From positions 992,001 to 1,056,000 of the forward strand of contig CBDCOH010000002.1 of the NCBI GenBank assembly GCA_965219685.1: a stretch of 64,000 nt of DNA. Direction: 5' to 3'. The notes under the pieces are model-generated. The model was not told where the DNA came from, did no database searches, and saw only the letters and a program-made list of their open reading frames with translations. The position numbers and the translations under genes are program-made. The stretch is from Candidatus Spongiisociaceae bacterium. Lineage in GTDB: Bacteria > Actinomycetota > Acidimicrobiia > Spongiisociales > Spongiisociaceae. Shown one piece after another: positions 18,463-29,355 of the stretch (position 1 is its first letter; each line of letters opens with the position of its first letter).

Positions 18463-21315
18463 GTGCCGATCCGTATCCAGGTGACCGCTTCAGACGACCC
18501 GAGAGAGGGTCACATCGTGGAGTTTGCTCGCCTGCTCGGCGTGCGCGGTCTGGTCGGTTGCCGTGTGAGCCGGGTCCATCATCTGCGTGGAGACCTCTCC
18601 GCGGACGACGTCGATCGTCTTTGCCGCGTTGCCCTGGTCGACCCGGTGGTCGACCAGGTGATTGTGGGATCCCCGCCGCCCGGTTCCCTCCCGGCGGTGG
18701 AGGTCGCGCCGCGCCCGGGCGTGACGGACACCGAGGCGCGGGAACTGGAACGGGCCGCTGCCGCCCTCGGTCTACCCCCCGTGCGGGCCTCCACCGCCCG
18801 TCGCTACGAGTTGATCGGTGACCTCGACGAGGGCGACGTCTCGGCCATCGGCCGCCGGTTGCTCGCCAACGAGACCATCGAGTTGCACTCGCTCGGAACC
18901 GTCCTTCCCCGCTTCGACTCCCCGGCGCCCGCCGAGGCGCGCGTCGAGACCGTCACGCTTGCCGGTTTGGCGGACGCCGACCTCGAGCGCATCAGCCGTG
19001 AACGCCTGCTCTCGCTAGACCTGGCCGAGATGCGGGCGATCCGGGCGCACTTCGCCCGCGCGGGTCGTGACCCGACCGACGCCGAACTCGAGACGCTGGC
19101 CCAGACCTGGTCGGAGCACTGCATGCACAAGACCTTCCGCGCCCGCATCCGATTGGAGCACACGAGGGCCGACGGGACGGTGGTGGTTTCCGACCACGAC
19201 GGCCTTCTCGCCGCGCTGAGAAGGGTCACCGAGGATCTGGCTCCGCCCTGGCTCCGCTCCGCATTCGACGACAACGCCGGCATCGTGGCCTTCGATGATG
19301 ACTTCGACCTCGCGTTCAAGGTCGAGACCCACAACCACCCTTCGGCGCTTGAGCCTTTCGGGGGCGCCAACACCGGGATCGGCGGCGTGGTACGGGACGT
19401 GATGGGCGTGTCGGCGCGTCCGATCGCCTGCACGAACGTCCTCTGTTTCGGACCGCCCGACCCAGCCGACGGTGATCTGCCGCCTGGGGTGCTGCATCCC
19501 CGTCGTATACGTGACGGGGTGGTGGCCGGGATCGGCGACTACGGCAACAAGCTGGGCCTTCCCACGGTCAACGGAGCGGTCATCTACGACGAGGGATACA
19601 TCGCGAACCCGCTGGTCTACTGCGGAGCATTGGGCCTGCTCCCGGCAGGATCGCACCCGACCGATCCGCAGGCCGGCGACCGGGTCATCGCCATCGGAGG
19701 CCGGACCGGAAGGGACGGCATCCACGGAGCCACCTTCTCCTCGGCGGGTATGGACGAGACCACTGTCGAGCAGGCCGGGACGGCTGTTCAGATCGGTGAC
19801 CCGATCACCCAGAAGGGGTGTATCGAGGTCGTCGAGCAGGCTCGAGACCGGGGTCTGTACAACGCCATCACAGACTGCGGCGCCGGTGGGTTCTCCTCGG
19901 CGGTGGGAGAGATGGGCGAAGACCTCGGCGCCGAGGTCGACTTGGCGGGCGTGCCCCTCAAGTACGAGGGCCTGGAACCGTGGGAGATCTGGCTCTCGGA
20001 GGCCCAGGAGCGCATGGTGCTTGCGGTGCCACCAGGCAAAGTCGAAGCCCTGCGCGGCCTGTGCCGGGGTCACGACGTGGAGATGACCGATATCGGGTCC
20101 TTCACCGCAACCGGGCGCCTGACGGTGCGCCACGGCGAGACCCGGGTGGTCGACCTCCCCATGGAGTTCCTCCACAACGGCGTCCCGCGCCGGGAGATGG
20201 TCGGGCGGTGGGTCGATCCGGTTCCGCGACCGGGGTGGGTCCCCGACGTCGACTCTACCCGGCTCGTTCTGGACCTCCTGTCCCATCCGATCGTCGCCTC
20301 CAAGGAGGCCATCGTCCGCACCTACGACCACGAGGTGCGGGGCGGCACGGTCGGGCGTCCGTTCGTCGGCGTGGAGGCCGACGGCCCCGGCGACGGCGCA
20401 GTTCTGAAGCCCCTGGGTACCTGGCACCACGACGCCGCGGTGGCGCTGGCGGTCGGTATCAATCCCCGCATCGGCCGCCTCGATCCCCGGGCGATGGCGC
20501 TGCACGCCATCGACGAGGCCGTGCGGAATCTCGTGGCGGTAGGGGCCGACCCGGCGCGGGTGGCCCTGCTCGACAACTTCTGCTGGGGCGACCCCACCAA
20601 GCCCGACCGGCTCGGGTCGCTGGTCAGGGCGGTGGAAGGGTGCGTGGAGGGAGCGCGCCGGTATCGCATGCCATTCATCTCCGGGAAGGACAGCCTGTTC
20701 AACGAGTACGCCGGAAAGGCGATCCCCGGCACCCTGCTCATCTCGGCTCTCGGGCTCGTACCGGACCTGCATCGCACCGTTGCCAGCGCGCTCATGGGCG
20801 CGGGCAACGATCTGTGGCTGGTCGGAGAACCGTCGGACCGTCTCGGCGGCTCCCTGGTCGACGAACTGCTGTCTATCGGTGACCACCGCGTACCGCCGGC
20901 CCTGGACGATCCCCTCCGGCGATACATCGAGATCCACCGGATGATCATCGAGGGAACCGTCGTCGCCGCCCACGACGTGAGCGACGGAGGCATCGCGGTG
21001 GCGATCGCGGAGATGGCCGTGGGAGGCAGGCTCGGGGTCGAGGCCGCCGTCCCGGCCGCGGGGTCGGGCCTGGTCGCCACGCTCGGCAACGAGGCGCCAG
21101 GTCAACTCCTTCTGGAGTCGCTCCCCGCCAGCCGTGACCACCTCGCGAACCGGCTCGGCACGCTGGGACGCCGTATCGGCGTGGTAACCGGGGGTCCCAC
21201 GATCGAGATCCGGGTGGCCGACCCGGCCGGATCGCCTGCGGATCACCGGGAGTCGGTGACGATCCGTCTCGAGGCAGCTGTCCGGGCCTTCACCGGCCGC
21301 GGGGCCGGGCCGTGA
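18463..21315 (+). CDS. purL: Phosphoribosylformylglycinamidine synthase PurL with N-terminal PurS-like extension
   Basis: QTWSEHCMHK, KVETHNHPSA, DCGAGG, SEAQERM, ISGKDSL, HDVSDGG. Confidence 0.95.
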   Translation: MPIRIQVTASDDPREGHIVEFARLLGVRGLVGCRVSRVHHLRGDLSADDVDRLCRVALVDPVVDQVIVGSPPPGSLPAVEVAPRPGVTDTEARELERAAAALGLPPVRASTARRYELIGDLDEGDVSAIGRRLLANETIELHSLGTVLPRFDSPAPAEARVETVTLAGLADADLERISRERLLSLDLAEMRAIRAHFARAGRDPTDAELETLAQTWSEHCMHKTFRARIRLEHTRADGTVVVSDHDGLLAALRRVTEDLAPPWLRSAFDDNAGIVAFDDDFDLAFKVETHNHPSALEPFGGANTGIGGVVRDVMGVSARPIACTNVLCFGPPDPADGDLPPGVLHPRRIRDGVVAGIGDYGNKLGLPTVNGAVIYDEGYIANPLVYCGALGLLPAGSHPTDPQAGDRVIAIGGRTGRDGIHGATFSSAGMDETTVEQAGTAVQIGDPITQKGCIEVVEQARDRGLYNAITDCGAGGFSSAVGEMGEDLGAEVDLAGVPLKYEGLEPWEIWLSEAQERMVLAVPPGKVEALRGLCRGHDVEMTDIGSFTATGRLTVRHGETRVVDLPMEFLHNGVPRREMVGRWVDPVPRPGWVPDVDSTRLVLDLLSHPIVASKEAIVRTYDHEVRGGTVGRPFVGVEADGPGDGAVLKPLGTWHHDAAVALAVGINPRIGRLDPRAMALHAIDEAVRNLVAVGADPARVALLDNFCWGDPTKPDRLGSLVRAVEGCVEGARRYRMPFISGKDSLFNEYAGKAIPGTLLISALGLVPDLHRTVASALMGAGNDLWLVGEPSDRLGGSLVDELLSIGDHRVPPALDDPLRRYIEIHRMIIEGTVVAAHDVSDGGIAVAIAEMAVGGRLGVEAAVPAAGSGLVATLGNEAPGQLLLESLPASRDHLANRLGTLGRRIGVVTGGPTIEIRVADPAGSPADHRESVTIRLEAAVRAFTGRGAGP

Positions 21316-22103
21316 CTCGCCCACCCATCCTCATCCTCCACGCTCCGGGAACGAACCGGGACACCGAAGCCGCGGTGGCCGTCGAACTGGCGGGAGGGGA
21401 CCCTCGCATCGTGTCCGTCCACGACATCCGGACCGGGGCGGCCTCGGTATCCGACTTCGCCGGCCTGTTGCTACCGGGAGGGTTCTCCTATGGCGACGCG
21501 CTGGGCGCCGGAGTGCGGCTGGCCCTCGAACTCCGCACGTGGCTGTACGACGAGCTCAGCGAGACCGTACGGGCGGGCCGGCCCGTGCTCGGGATATGCA
21601 ACGGATTCCAGACCCTCCTCAAGGCCGGCCTGCTCGGAGGTCCGCAGGGGTCCGGTGAGCAGCGGATGGTCACACTCACCGACAACGCCGCCGGCCGCTT
21701 CGAATGCCGCTGGGTGACGCTGCGGGTCGAGCCGGGCAACCGGTCTGGCTGGCTCGGTTCCCTGGAGGGTTCGAAGGTCCGTTGTCCGGTGGCCCACGGG
21801 GAGGGCCGGATGGCGGTAAGCGACTCACGGGTCGTCGCGCTCCTCCAGGAGGAGGGAATGATCGCCTTCCGTTATCTGTCGGTCGACGGTCACGGGGGTG
21901 GCGACCGGCTCGCCGGAGGGAGTTACCCGGCCAACCCCAATGGCTCGGCGGGTGACATCGCCGGTCTGTGCGACTCCACCGGGGCGGTGGTCGGACTGAT
22001 GCCCCATCCCGAGGACCATGTCGTCGATTGGCAGAGGCCGGGCGGGCCGCCCGGCGCACGGGGGCTACCGCTCTTCGAGGCGTTCGTGGATGCTGCCCGA
22101 TGA
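21312..22103 (+). CDS. purQ: FGAM synthase glutaminase subunit
   Basis: PGGFSYGD, GICNGFQ, AHGEG, NPNGS, GLMPHPE. Confidence 0.95.
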   Translation: MTRPPILILHAPGTNRDTEAAVAVELAGGDPRIVSVHDIRTGAASVSDFAGLLLPGGFSYGDALGAGVRLALELRTWLYDELSETVRAGRPVLGICNGFQTLLKAGLLGGPQGSGEQRMVTLTDNAAGRFECRWVTLRVEPGNRSGWLGSLEGSKVRCPVAHGEGRMAVSDSRVVALLQEEGMIAFRYLSVDGHGGGDRLAGGSYPANPNGSAGDIAGLCDSTGAVVGLMPHPEDHVVDWQRPGGPPGARGLPLFEAFVDAAR

Positions 22104-22188
22104 GCAGTCGCCTGTCCGCGAAATGGGGGTGTGACGTGCATGTGGAGCACGGCAAGCCACAATGCGGCCGGACCACGGGCGTGGGCTG

Positions 22189-23163
22189 GTGAGCACCGAC
22201 CTGGCTCCCGCCCTGACCCGTCCCTTCACGGGGATCGAGGTCGCCGACCTGCAGGGTATAGGTCCGGTGACTCGCGGCAAGGTCCGTGACGTCGTCGATC
22301 TGGGTGACCGCCTGGCACTGGTTGCCACCGACCGCCTGTCGGCGTTCGACCGGGTGCTCGGAACCGTGCCCTACCGAGGCCAGGTCCTCAACCAGCTGTC
22401 TGCCTGGTGGTTCGAGCGGATCCCAGACCTGGCTCGAACCCATGCGATCGACGTTCCGGATCCCAACGTGATGATCGTCCGCAAGTGCCGGCCACTACCG
22501 GTGGAGGTAGTGGTGCGGAGCAGGCTGACCGGGACGACGGGTACCTCGCTGTGGACGATGTACGCGGCGGGTGCCCGCCGCGCCTACGGGATCTGCTTGC
22601 CGCACGGCTTGGAGAAGAACGACCCACTCCCCCGGCCGGTCGTCACCCCGACCACCAAGGGCGCCCGGGGCACGCACGACCGGCCGGTAACCGAGCGGGA
22701 GATCGTGGACGAGGGCCTGGTGGAGGCCGGGTGTTGGGACGAGGTGCGCAGTACCGCGCTCGCCGTGTTCGAGCGCGGCCGGCGGGCGGCCTCGGACGTC
22801 GGTTTGGTGCTCGTCGATACCAAGTACGAGTTCGGTCTCGATGCCGAGGGCCGGGTGGTCATCATCGACGAGGTACACACGCCCGACTCCTCACGCTTCT
22901 GGAGGGCGGCGACTGTCGCGGAGCGCATCGCTGCCGGAGAGGAGCCCGAAAACCTGGACAAGGAACTCGTGCGGCTTGCCTATGCCGCTCGGGGCTTCAC
23001 CGGCGACGGCGACCCTCCGCCACTCGCGACAGAACTGGCGGTAACCGCGGCGCGCGCCTACCTGGAGGTGTTCGAGGCGTTCACCGGCCGGCCTCTGGAT
23101 CCGGCGTCCTACCCGGCCGCTCCACGGGTCATTACCGCGATTCGCGCCCGACATCGTTCATAA
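22189..23163 (+). CDS. purC: SAICAR synthase
   Basis: [38 protein letters not shown]. Confidence 0.95.
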   Translation: MSTDLAPALTRPFTGIEVADLQGIGPVTRGKVRDVVDLGDRLALVATDRLSAFDRVLGTVPYRGQVLNQLSAWWFERIPDLARTHAIDVPDPNVMIVRKCRPLPVEVVVRSRLTGTTGTSLWTMYAAGARRAYGICLPHGLEKNDPLPRPVVTPTTKGARGTHDRPVTEREIVDEGLVEAGCWDEVRSTALAVFERGRRAASDVGLVLVDTKYEFGLDAEGRVVIIDEVHTPDSSRFWRAATVAERIAAGEEPENLDKELVRLAYAARGFTGDGDPPPLATELAVTAARAYLEVFEAFTGRPLDPASYPAAPRVITAIRARHRS

Positions 23164-23228
23164 TCGTGACTCAGGATCCGCCCGGGTGGCGACGCCACTC
23201 GCCGGCGGAGGGCGGAGGAGAAAACAGC

Positions 23229-23720
23229 GTGACCGGGCACCCGCTCGTCGGCGTAATCATGGGCAGCGACTCGGACTGGCCCACAATGCGGCGCGCCGCC
23301 GAGGTACTCGATGACTTCGGTGTTCCCCACGAATGCCGGGTCGTGTCGGCACACCGCACCCCCGGCCTGATGGTGGAGTACGCCGCGGGGGCTTCCCGGC
23401 GGGGTCTCGAGGCGATCATCGCCGGGGCCGGAGGCGCCGCCCACCTGCCGGGCATGGTGGCGGGGCACACCATCGTCCCTGTCATCGGCGTCCCGATCCA
23501 GAGCCGCGCCCTCAGAGGCATGGATTCCCTCCTCTCGATAGTGCAGATGCCCGCCGGCGTGCCGGTCGCCACGATGGCGATCGGGGAGGCCGGAGCCACC
23601 AACGCCGGCCTCTACGCGGTGGCCATGCTGGCTCGCCACGATCCGCGGCTGGCCGAGCGCCTCACCGCGTACCGCGAGCGGAGGGCCGCGGCCGTCCTCG
23701 ACATCGAGATCGAGTTGTGA
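23229..23720 (+). CDS. purE: N5-CAIR mutase
   Basis: [36 protein letters not shown]. Confidence 0.96.
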   Translation: MTGHPLVGVIMGSDSDWPTMRRAAEVLDDFGVPHECRVVSAHRTPGLMVEYAAGASRRGLEAIIAGAGGAAHLPGMVAGHTIVPVIGVPIQSRALRGMDSLLSIVQMPAGVPVATMAIGEAGATNAGLYAVAMLARHDPRLAERLTAYRERRAAAVLDIEIEL

Positions 23721-24880
23721 TCGACAGCGGCGTGGCGCCCGGAGGCACCATCGGGATCGTGGGTGGTGGACAACTGGGAAGGATGCTGTCGTTCGAGGCC
23801 CACCGGCTCGGGTACCGGGTGGCGGTGCTGACCGGAGGGGGCAAGGACACACCCGGAGGGCGGGTCGCGGACGTCGAGGTCGCGGCCGGGTACGACGACG
23901 GGTTGGCCGTCCGGCGCTTCGTGGGTCTGTCAGATGTGATCACGTGGGAGTTCGAGAACGTCGAGGTGCCTCTGCTGGCCGACGTGGCGTCCGCGTCGGG
24001 CGTACCGGTCCGGCCGGGCGGCACCATCATCGCGGCTGCCCAGCACCGGGGCCGGGAACGCCGAGCCCTGACGGCGGCCGGAGCGCCCGTGGCCGCTTTC
24101 CGCGAAGTCGCCACGGCGGACGAATTGGTCCGGGCAGTGGAGGATCTCGGCCCACCGGTCATCGCCAAGCGGGTCCGGTTCGGGTACGACGGCCGAGGTC
24201 AGGTCCGGCTCGCGTCGCCTGACCAAGCCGAGGCGGACCGGATTGTCGAGGCGATCGGCGAGGAGGGTTTGATAGTCGAAGAGGTGGTTCCCTTCGATGC
24301 GGAGATATCGGTGGTCGTGGCCAGGGGGATCACCGGCGAGATGACCCACCACGGGGTCATGGAGAACGTTCACGTGGACGGGATCCTCGACACCACCGTC
24401 ACGCCTCCCCTGTCGGTATCGACCAGGGTGGCCGTAGCGGCGGTGGATCTGGCTGCCACGGTGGCCGAACACCTCGGACTGGTCGGGGTGCTCTGCGTCG
24501 AGATGTTCGTGACCGGCGAGGACTTGGTGGTGAACGAGATCGCTCCGCGGCCCCACAACAGCGGCCACTGCACCATCGAGGCGGCTTCGGCCAGCCAGTT
24601 CGGCCAGCAGTTGCGCTCCATCTGTGGCCTTCCCCTCGGCGACGGCTCCTGCCGCCCGGCGGCCATGGCGCAACTTCTCGGGGATCTGTGGGGCGACCCT
24701 CCCCGCCGCCCCGCGTGGGAGGTGGCCATGGTCGACCCTGGCGCGTATCTTCATCTCTACGGTAAGGACGAGGTCCGTGCGGGTCGCAAGATGGGCCACA
24801 TCACGTGTGTCGACAGTTCAGCCGACCGAGCCCTGGAGCGGGCTCTGGCAGCGCGGCGCCGGCTCCGGGGGCGGTCATGA
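23717..24880 (+). CDS. purK: N5-CAIR synthetase
   Basis: [44 protein letters not shown]. Confidence 0.95.
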   Translation: MIDSGVAPGGTIGIVGGGQLGRMLSFEAHRLGYRVAVLTGGGKDTPGGRVADVEVAAGYDDGLAVRRFVGLSDVITWEFENVEVPLLADVASASGVPVRPGGTIIAAAQHRGRERRALTAAGAPVAAFREVATADELVRAVEDLGPPVIAKRVRFGYDGRGQVRLASPDQAEADRIVEAIGEEGLIVEEVVPFDAEISVVVARGITGEMTHHGVMENVHVDGILDTTVTPPLSVSTRVAVAAVDLAATVAEHLGLVGVLCVEMFVTGEDLVVNEIAPRPHNSGHCTIEAASASQFGQQLRSICGLPLGDGSCRPAAMAQLLGDLWGDPPRRPAWEVAMVDPGAYLHLYGKDEVRAGRKMGHITCVDSSADRALERALAARRRLRGRS

Positions 24881-26307
24881 TTCCCGGGTTGGACCGTGAC
24901 AGCCCCCGGGAACAGTGCGGGGTGGTCGGTGTGTACGCGGCCGATCGGGAGGCGGCCCGGATCACCTTCTTCGGTCTCTTCGCCCTCCAGCACCGGGGTC
25001 AGGAAGCGGCCGGGATCGTGAGCTACGACGGCCTGTTCGCCCATGTCCATAAGGGGGAAGGCCTGGTCGGGTCGGTCTTCAACGAGGACATCCTCGCCAC
25101 CCTGAAAGGCGGAGCCGCCATCGGCCACACCCGCTACAGCACCACCGGTGGATCCACCCTCCGCAACGCTCAGCCGCAGGTGATCGAGACCATCGACGGC
25201 CCGCTGGCGGTGGCCCACAACGGGAACCTCGTGAACGCCCCCCAACTCCGCCGCCAACTGCTCGAGCGGGGGGTCGGCCTCCAGACCTCATCCGACACCG
25301 AACTGATGGTGCACGTCCTCACCGGGGCCGGGGGTGGCTGGATCGACCGGATCCGGGCCCTCATGAGACAGGTCGAAGGCGCGTACTCGCTCACGATCCT
25401 CACCCGCGACGCTGTCTACGGGGTCCGCGATCCGTGGGGCTTCCGCCCCCTGGTGATCGGGGAGATCGACAGCGGATACGTACTGGCCTCCGAGACCTGC
25501 GCCTTCTCCACGACGGGGGCCAAGTTCGTGTCCGAGTTGCAGCCCGGCGAGATTGCCAGGATCGACGACCTCGGGCTGCACATCGAGGAGGGCGCTCCGC
25601 CCCGGACCCGGGCCTTCTGCACCTTCGAAGAGATCTACTTCTCCCGTCCCGACAGCGTCCACGACGGCAACCTCGTGCACAGCGTCCGCCAGCGCCTCGG
25701 CCGCGAGCTGGCCCGCGAAGCGCCCGTCGAGGCCGACCTGGTCCTGTCCGTACCAGACTCGGGGACACCCCACGCGGTGGGCTTCGCCCAGGAAGCGGGC
25801 CTGCCCTACACCGAGGGGCTGATCAAGAACCGCTACGTGGGGCGGACCTTCATAGAGCCGACCCAGGAGTTGCGCAACGCCGGCGTGGCGATGAAGTTCA
25901 ACCCGCTCCGGGACAATCTCGCCGGTCGGCGGATCGTCATGGTCGACGACTCGATCGTGCGGGGCACGACCGGTGGGCAGCTGGTTCGCATGCTGCGCGA
26001 CGCGGGGGCGTCAGAAGTACACGTGCGGGTAGCGTGCCCCGCCATCACCCATCCCTGCTACATGGGGATCGACATGGCCACTTCTGAGGAGTTGGTCGCC
26101 TCCCGCCTCTCGATCGCCGAGATCCGCGAGGAGATCGGAGCGGACTCCCTCGCATTTCTCTCGCTCGAGGGCCTGATGAGGGCGCTGGGAGCGGATGACG
26201 GCTACTGCAACGCGTGCTTCACCGGCGAGTATCCCTTCGAGCCCGAGCGGTTCGTCCAGTTGCAACTCGGGCTCAAGGATCGCTTCGCCTCGGTGTGGGG
26301 AGAGTGA
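24877..26307 (+). CDS. purF: Amidophosphoribosyltransferase (Fe-S type, with propeptide)
   Basis: EQ|CGVVG, LQHRGQ, GHTRYST, VDDSIVRGTT, CNACFTG. Confidence 0.96.
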   Translation: MIPGLDRDSPREQCGVVGVYAADREAARITFFGLFALQHRGQEAAGIVSYDGLFAHVHKGEGLVGSVFNEDILATLKGGAAIGHTRYSTTGGSTLRNAQPQVIETIDGPLAVAHNGNLVNAPQLRRQLLERGVGLQTSSDTELMVHVLTGAGGGWIDRIRALMRQVEGAYSLTILTRDAVYGVRDPWGFRPLVIGEIDSGYVLASETCAFSTTGAKFVSELQPGEIARIDDLGLHIEEGAPPRTRAFCTFEEIYFSRPDSVHDGNLVHSVRQRLGRELAREAPVEADLVLSVPDSGTPHAVGFAQEAGLPYTEGLIKNRYVGRTFIEPTQELRNAGVAMKFNPLRDNLAGRRIVMVDDSIVRGTTGGQLVRMLRDAGASEVHVRVACPAITHPCYMGIDMATSEELVASRLSIAEIREEIGADSLAFLSLEGLMRALGADDGYCNACFTGEYPFEPERFVQLQLGLKDRFASVWGE

Positions 26308-26311
26308 GTCC

Positions 26312-27628
26312 GTGAGCACGGTGCTCGTGGTGGGTGGAGGAGGCCGCGAGCACGCGCTCTGCTGGTCGTTGGGCAAATCGCCCCATGTCGAGCGGATCCT
26401 CGTGGCGCCCGGCAACGCCGGAACCGCCCTGGCGGAACGCTGCCAGAACCTCGCCGTGGGGGCAGGCGATCTGGCCGGATTGGTGGACGCGGCCCGCCGC
26501 GAATCGGTCGATCTGGTGGCGGTAGGTCCCGAGGCTCCACTGGCCGCGGGCCTGGGCGACGCTCTGGATGCGTTCGGTGTTCCCACCTTCGGGCCCTCCT
26601 CGGCCTGTGCCCGCCTGGAGGCCTCAAAGGCGTACTGCAAGACGTTCCTGGGAGCGCTTTCCGTACCGACCGCGGCCTCGGAAACCTTCCGGGAGCCGGA
26701 GCCCGCACTGGCATATCTCGAACGGCTCCCCTCCGTGCCCGTCATCAAGGCAAGCGGTTTGGCGGCCGGGAAAGGAGTGGTGGTGGCCGAGACACGCGGG
26801 GAAGCGGCCGAGGCCCTCCAAGCCATGCTCGTAGACCGACGGTTCGGCGACGCGGGAAGTGAGGTCGTCGTGGAGGAGCGGCTGCGGGGCATCGAGGTGT
26901 CGGTGCTCGCCTTCAGCGACGGGAAGGACTTCGTGGTCATGCCAGCGGCGCAGGACCACAAGCGGATCTTCGACGGCGACCGGGGACCCAACACCGGAGG
27001 TATGGGTGCCTTCGTTCCGTCACCGGTTGCCACCACGGGGGTTGTCGAAGAGGTGGCCGATCACATCATCCGCCCGACCCTCGACGCGCTGCGCGAGGCT
27101 GGCACGCCTTACCGCGGCGTGATCTACTTCGGGTTGATGCTCACCGGCGACGGACCCAAGGTGCTGGAGATCAACTGCCGCCTGGGCGATCCGGAGACCC
27201 AGGCGGTTCTGCCACTGCTCGAGAGCGACCTCTTCGAGGTGATGCTGGCCTGTGCCACCGGCTCGTTGGGGGATGTCGCGGTCGAGTGGTCAGGGTCGGC
27301 CTGCACGACGGTGGTGATGGCGTCATCCGGATACCCGACGGCTTCGGCCGCACCCGTGCCCATCACCGGTCTCGAAGCGGCGGCGCAGGAAGGATGCCTC
27401 TTGTTCCATGCCGGGACCGGCCGAATCGGCGGCGCCATCCAGGCCACCGGCGGCAGGGTGTTGGGGGTGAGCGCTCTGGGAAGCACCCTGGCGGAGGCGA
27501 CGGACCGTGCCTACGCGGGTGTCGGAGCCATCGCTTTCGAGGGCTCGCACTACCGCCGCGACATCGGCCGCGGCGATGCGCCGGATGCTGCCCGAGAAGG
27601 GCTCGCTCGGGAAGCCGGCGTGGGATGA
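26312..27628 (+). CDS. purD: Phosphoribosylamine-glycine ligase
   Basis: GGGGREHA, GLAAGKGV, QDHKR, GPNTGGMG, EINCRLGDPE. Confidence 0.96.
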   Translation: MSTVLVVGGGGREHALCWSLGKSPHVERILVAPGNAGTALAERCQNLAVGAGDLAGLVDAARRESVDLVAVGPEAPLAAGLGDALDAFGVPTFGPSSACARLEASKAYCKTFLGALSVPTAASETFREPEPALAYLERLPSVPVIKASGLAAGKGVVVAETRGEAAEALQAMLVDRRFGDAGSEVVVEERLRGIEVSVLAFSDGKDFVVMPAAQDHKRIFDGDRGPNTGGMGAFVPSPVATTGVVEEVADHIIRPTLDALREAGTPYRGVIYFGLMLTGDGPKVLEINCRLGDPETQAVLPLLESDLFEVMLACATGSLGDVAVEWSGSACTTVVMASSGYPTASAAPVPITGLEAAAQEGCLLFHAGTGRIGGAIQATGGRVLGVSALGSTLAEATDRAYAGVGAIAFEGSHYRRDIGRGDAPDAAREGLAREAGVG

Positions 27629-28626
27629 TCACCTATCGGGACTCCGGAGTCGACATCGACGCCGGTAACCGGGCTGTCGCCTTGCTGGCTTCGTTGGTGG
27701 CCTCCACCGCAACCGACGAAGTGCTGGTGGGAGGCGGAGGATTCGGTGGTCTCTACGCCGCCGACCGGCTAGGACCAGGGAAGGTGCTGGTGGCGTCGAC
27801 CGACGGTGTCGGCACCAAGGCGGAGTTGGCGGGTCGCTTCGGACGCTGGCACGGGGTCGGGATGGACGTGGTCAACCATTGCGTCAACGACATCCTGGTG
27901 GTGGGCGCCGAGCCGTTGTTCTTCCTCGACTACGTCGCGACCTCCCATCTGGTCCCGGAGGTCGTGGCGGCGATCGTCGAGGGTATTGCCGAAGCATGCC
28001 TCGAGGCGGGCTGTGCCCTGCTCGGAGGCGAAACCGCGGAGATGCCGGGCGTCTACATGCCCGGTGCGGTCGACGTCGCAGGAACCATCGTCGGCGTGGC
28101 CGACCGCGACCGGCTCTGGCCCCGGCTCGACGCGGTGCGGGAGGGAGACCTGGTAGTCGGCCTACCGAGCAGCGGGCCGCATACCAACGGCTACTCGTTG
28201 ATCCGGCGGATGGTCGAGGGACGGGACTTGTCGCAGCGAATGATCGATCGGTTGGTGGCCCCCCATCGCAGCTACCTACCGCTGGTCCGCTCGCTGCAGG
28301 CCGAGGGAGTGGAGCCCAAGGCCCTTGCCCATGTGACCGGCGGAGGGTTGGTCGAGAACATCCCCCGGGTGCTACCTGCGGGTCTCGGCGCCAGGGTCGA
28401 GTTGGGAACGTGGCGAGTACCGGAGCCCTTCGTCAGCCTCGTGGACTGGAGCGGGATCGACGACGCCGAGGCCTTCCGGACCTGGAACATGGGAATCGGA
28501 ATGGCGATGGTCATCGACCACGCGCTCGGGTCGCGGGCGGTCGAGTTGGGCTGCCCACGGATCGGATCGGTTGTACCGGTCGAGGGCAGGGATGGCAGGG
28601 TCGTGCTGGACGGGTCGTGGCGGTGA
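27625..28626 (+). CDS. purM: Phosphoribosylformylglycinamidine cyclo-ligase
   Basis: YRDSGVDI, TDGVGTK, GGETAEMPG, HTNGYS, HVTGGG. Confidence 0.96.
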   Translation: MITYRDSGVDIDAGNRAVALLASLVASTATDEVLVGGGGFGGLYAADRLGPGKVLVASTDGVGTKAELAGRFGRWHGVGMDVVNHCVNDILVVGAEPLFFLDYVATSHLVPEVVAAIVEGIAEACLEAGCALLGGETAEMPGVYMPGAVDVAGTIVGVADRDRLWPRLDAVREGDLVVGLPSSGPHTNGYSLIRRMVEGRDLSQRMIDRLVAPHRSYLPLVRSLQAEGVEPKALAHVTGGGLVENIPRVLPAGLGARVELGTWRVPEPFVSLVDWSGIDDAEAFRTWNMGIGMAMVIDHALGSRAVELGCPRIGSVVPVEGRDGRVVLDGSWR

Positions 28627-29237
28627 CAGCACGTCTGGCGGTCCTGGCGTCAGGATCGGGAACCAACCTCCAAGCGCTGATAGACGCGGTGGCGTCGGGT
28701 CACCTCGATGCCGAGGTGACCCGGGTGATCGTCAACCGCCGGGGTGCGCAGGCTCGCCAACGGGCCCGCCGCGCAGGAATCCCCGAAGAGTGCCGCCTGC
28801 TGGGTCCCTACCTCGACGGCGCGCGCGATCGGCGCGAAGCCCGTGCGCGCTACGACTCGGATCTGGCCGGCGCGTTCGCTGCCGGCCAACCCGATCTGGT
28901 GGTGCTCGCCGGATGGATGCACATCCTGTCGATGGCATTTCTCGAGCGATTCCCCAACCGGGTCGTCAACCTCCACCCTGCGCCTCCGGGGATGTTCCCC
29001 GGAGCCACCGCCATCGACGAGACCTGGGCGGCCTACCGGGCCGGGGAGCTCAGCTCCGCCGGTGTCATGGTTCACCACGTCGTGGACGAGGGTGTGGACG
29101 ACGGCCCCGTCATTGCCTGGGAGGAGGTCCCGATTCACCGCGACGACTCGATCGACACCCTGACGGAGCGGATCCATCGGGTCGAGCACCGGCTCCTGGT
29201 GCACGCGGTTGCCGTGGTGTTGGAGAGTCGACGCTGA
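28623..29237 (+). CDS. purN: Phosphoribosylglycinamide formyltransferase
   Basis: SGSGTNLQAL, LAGWMHIL, NLHPA, VDDGPVI. Confidence 0.93.
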   Translation: MTARLAVLASGSGTNLQALIDAVASGHLDAEVTRVIVNRRGAQARQRARRAGIPEECRLLGPYLDGARDRREARARYDSDLAGAFAAGQPDLVVLAGWMHILSMAFLERFPNRVVNLHPAPPGMFPGATAIDETWAAYRAGELSSAGVMVHHVVDEGVDDGPVIAWEEVPIHRDDSIDTLTERIHRVEHRLLVHAVAVVLESRR

Positions 29238-29355
29238 AGCTCACCCACGGGACGGAAGGACCCGGAGCCGGGGCGTGGCAAGCTATGCCGGAACCGGTGC
29301 GACACGGTCTGAGGCACCGGGCGTTCGCGAGACCGTGGATCGGGGGTCGGGGAGC

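Noticed and set aside
19015-21324. Long antisense or alternate-frame ORFs (769 aa here; also 33413-35251, 44956-46965, 12759-14357, 6235-7893)
   Set aside because: They overlap well-supported genes and have no recognisable motifs; typical high-GC shadow frames.
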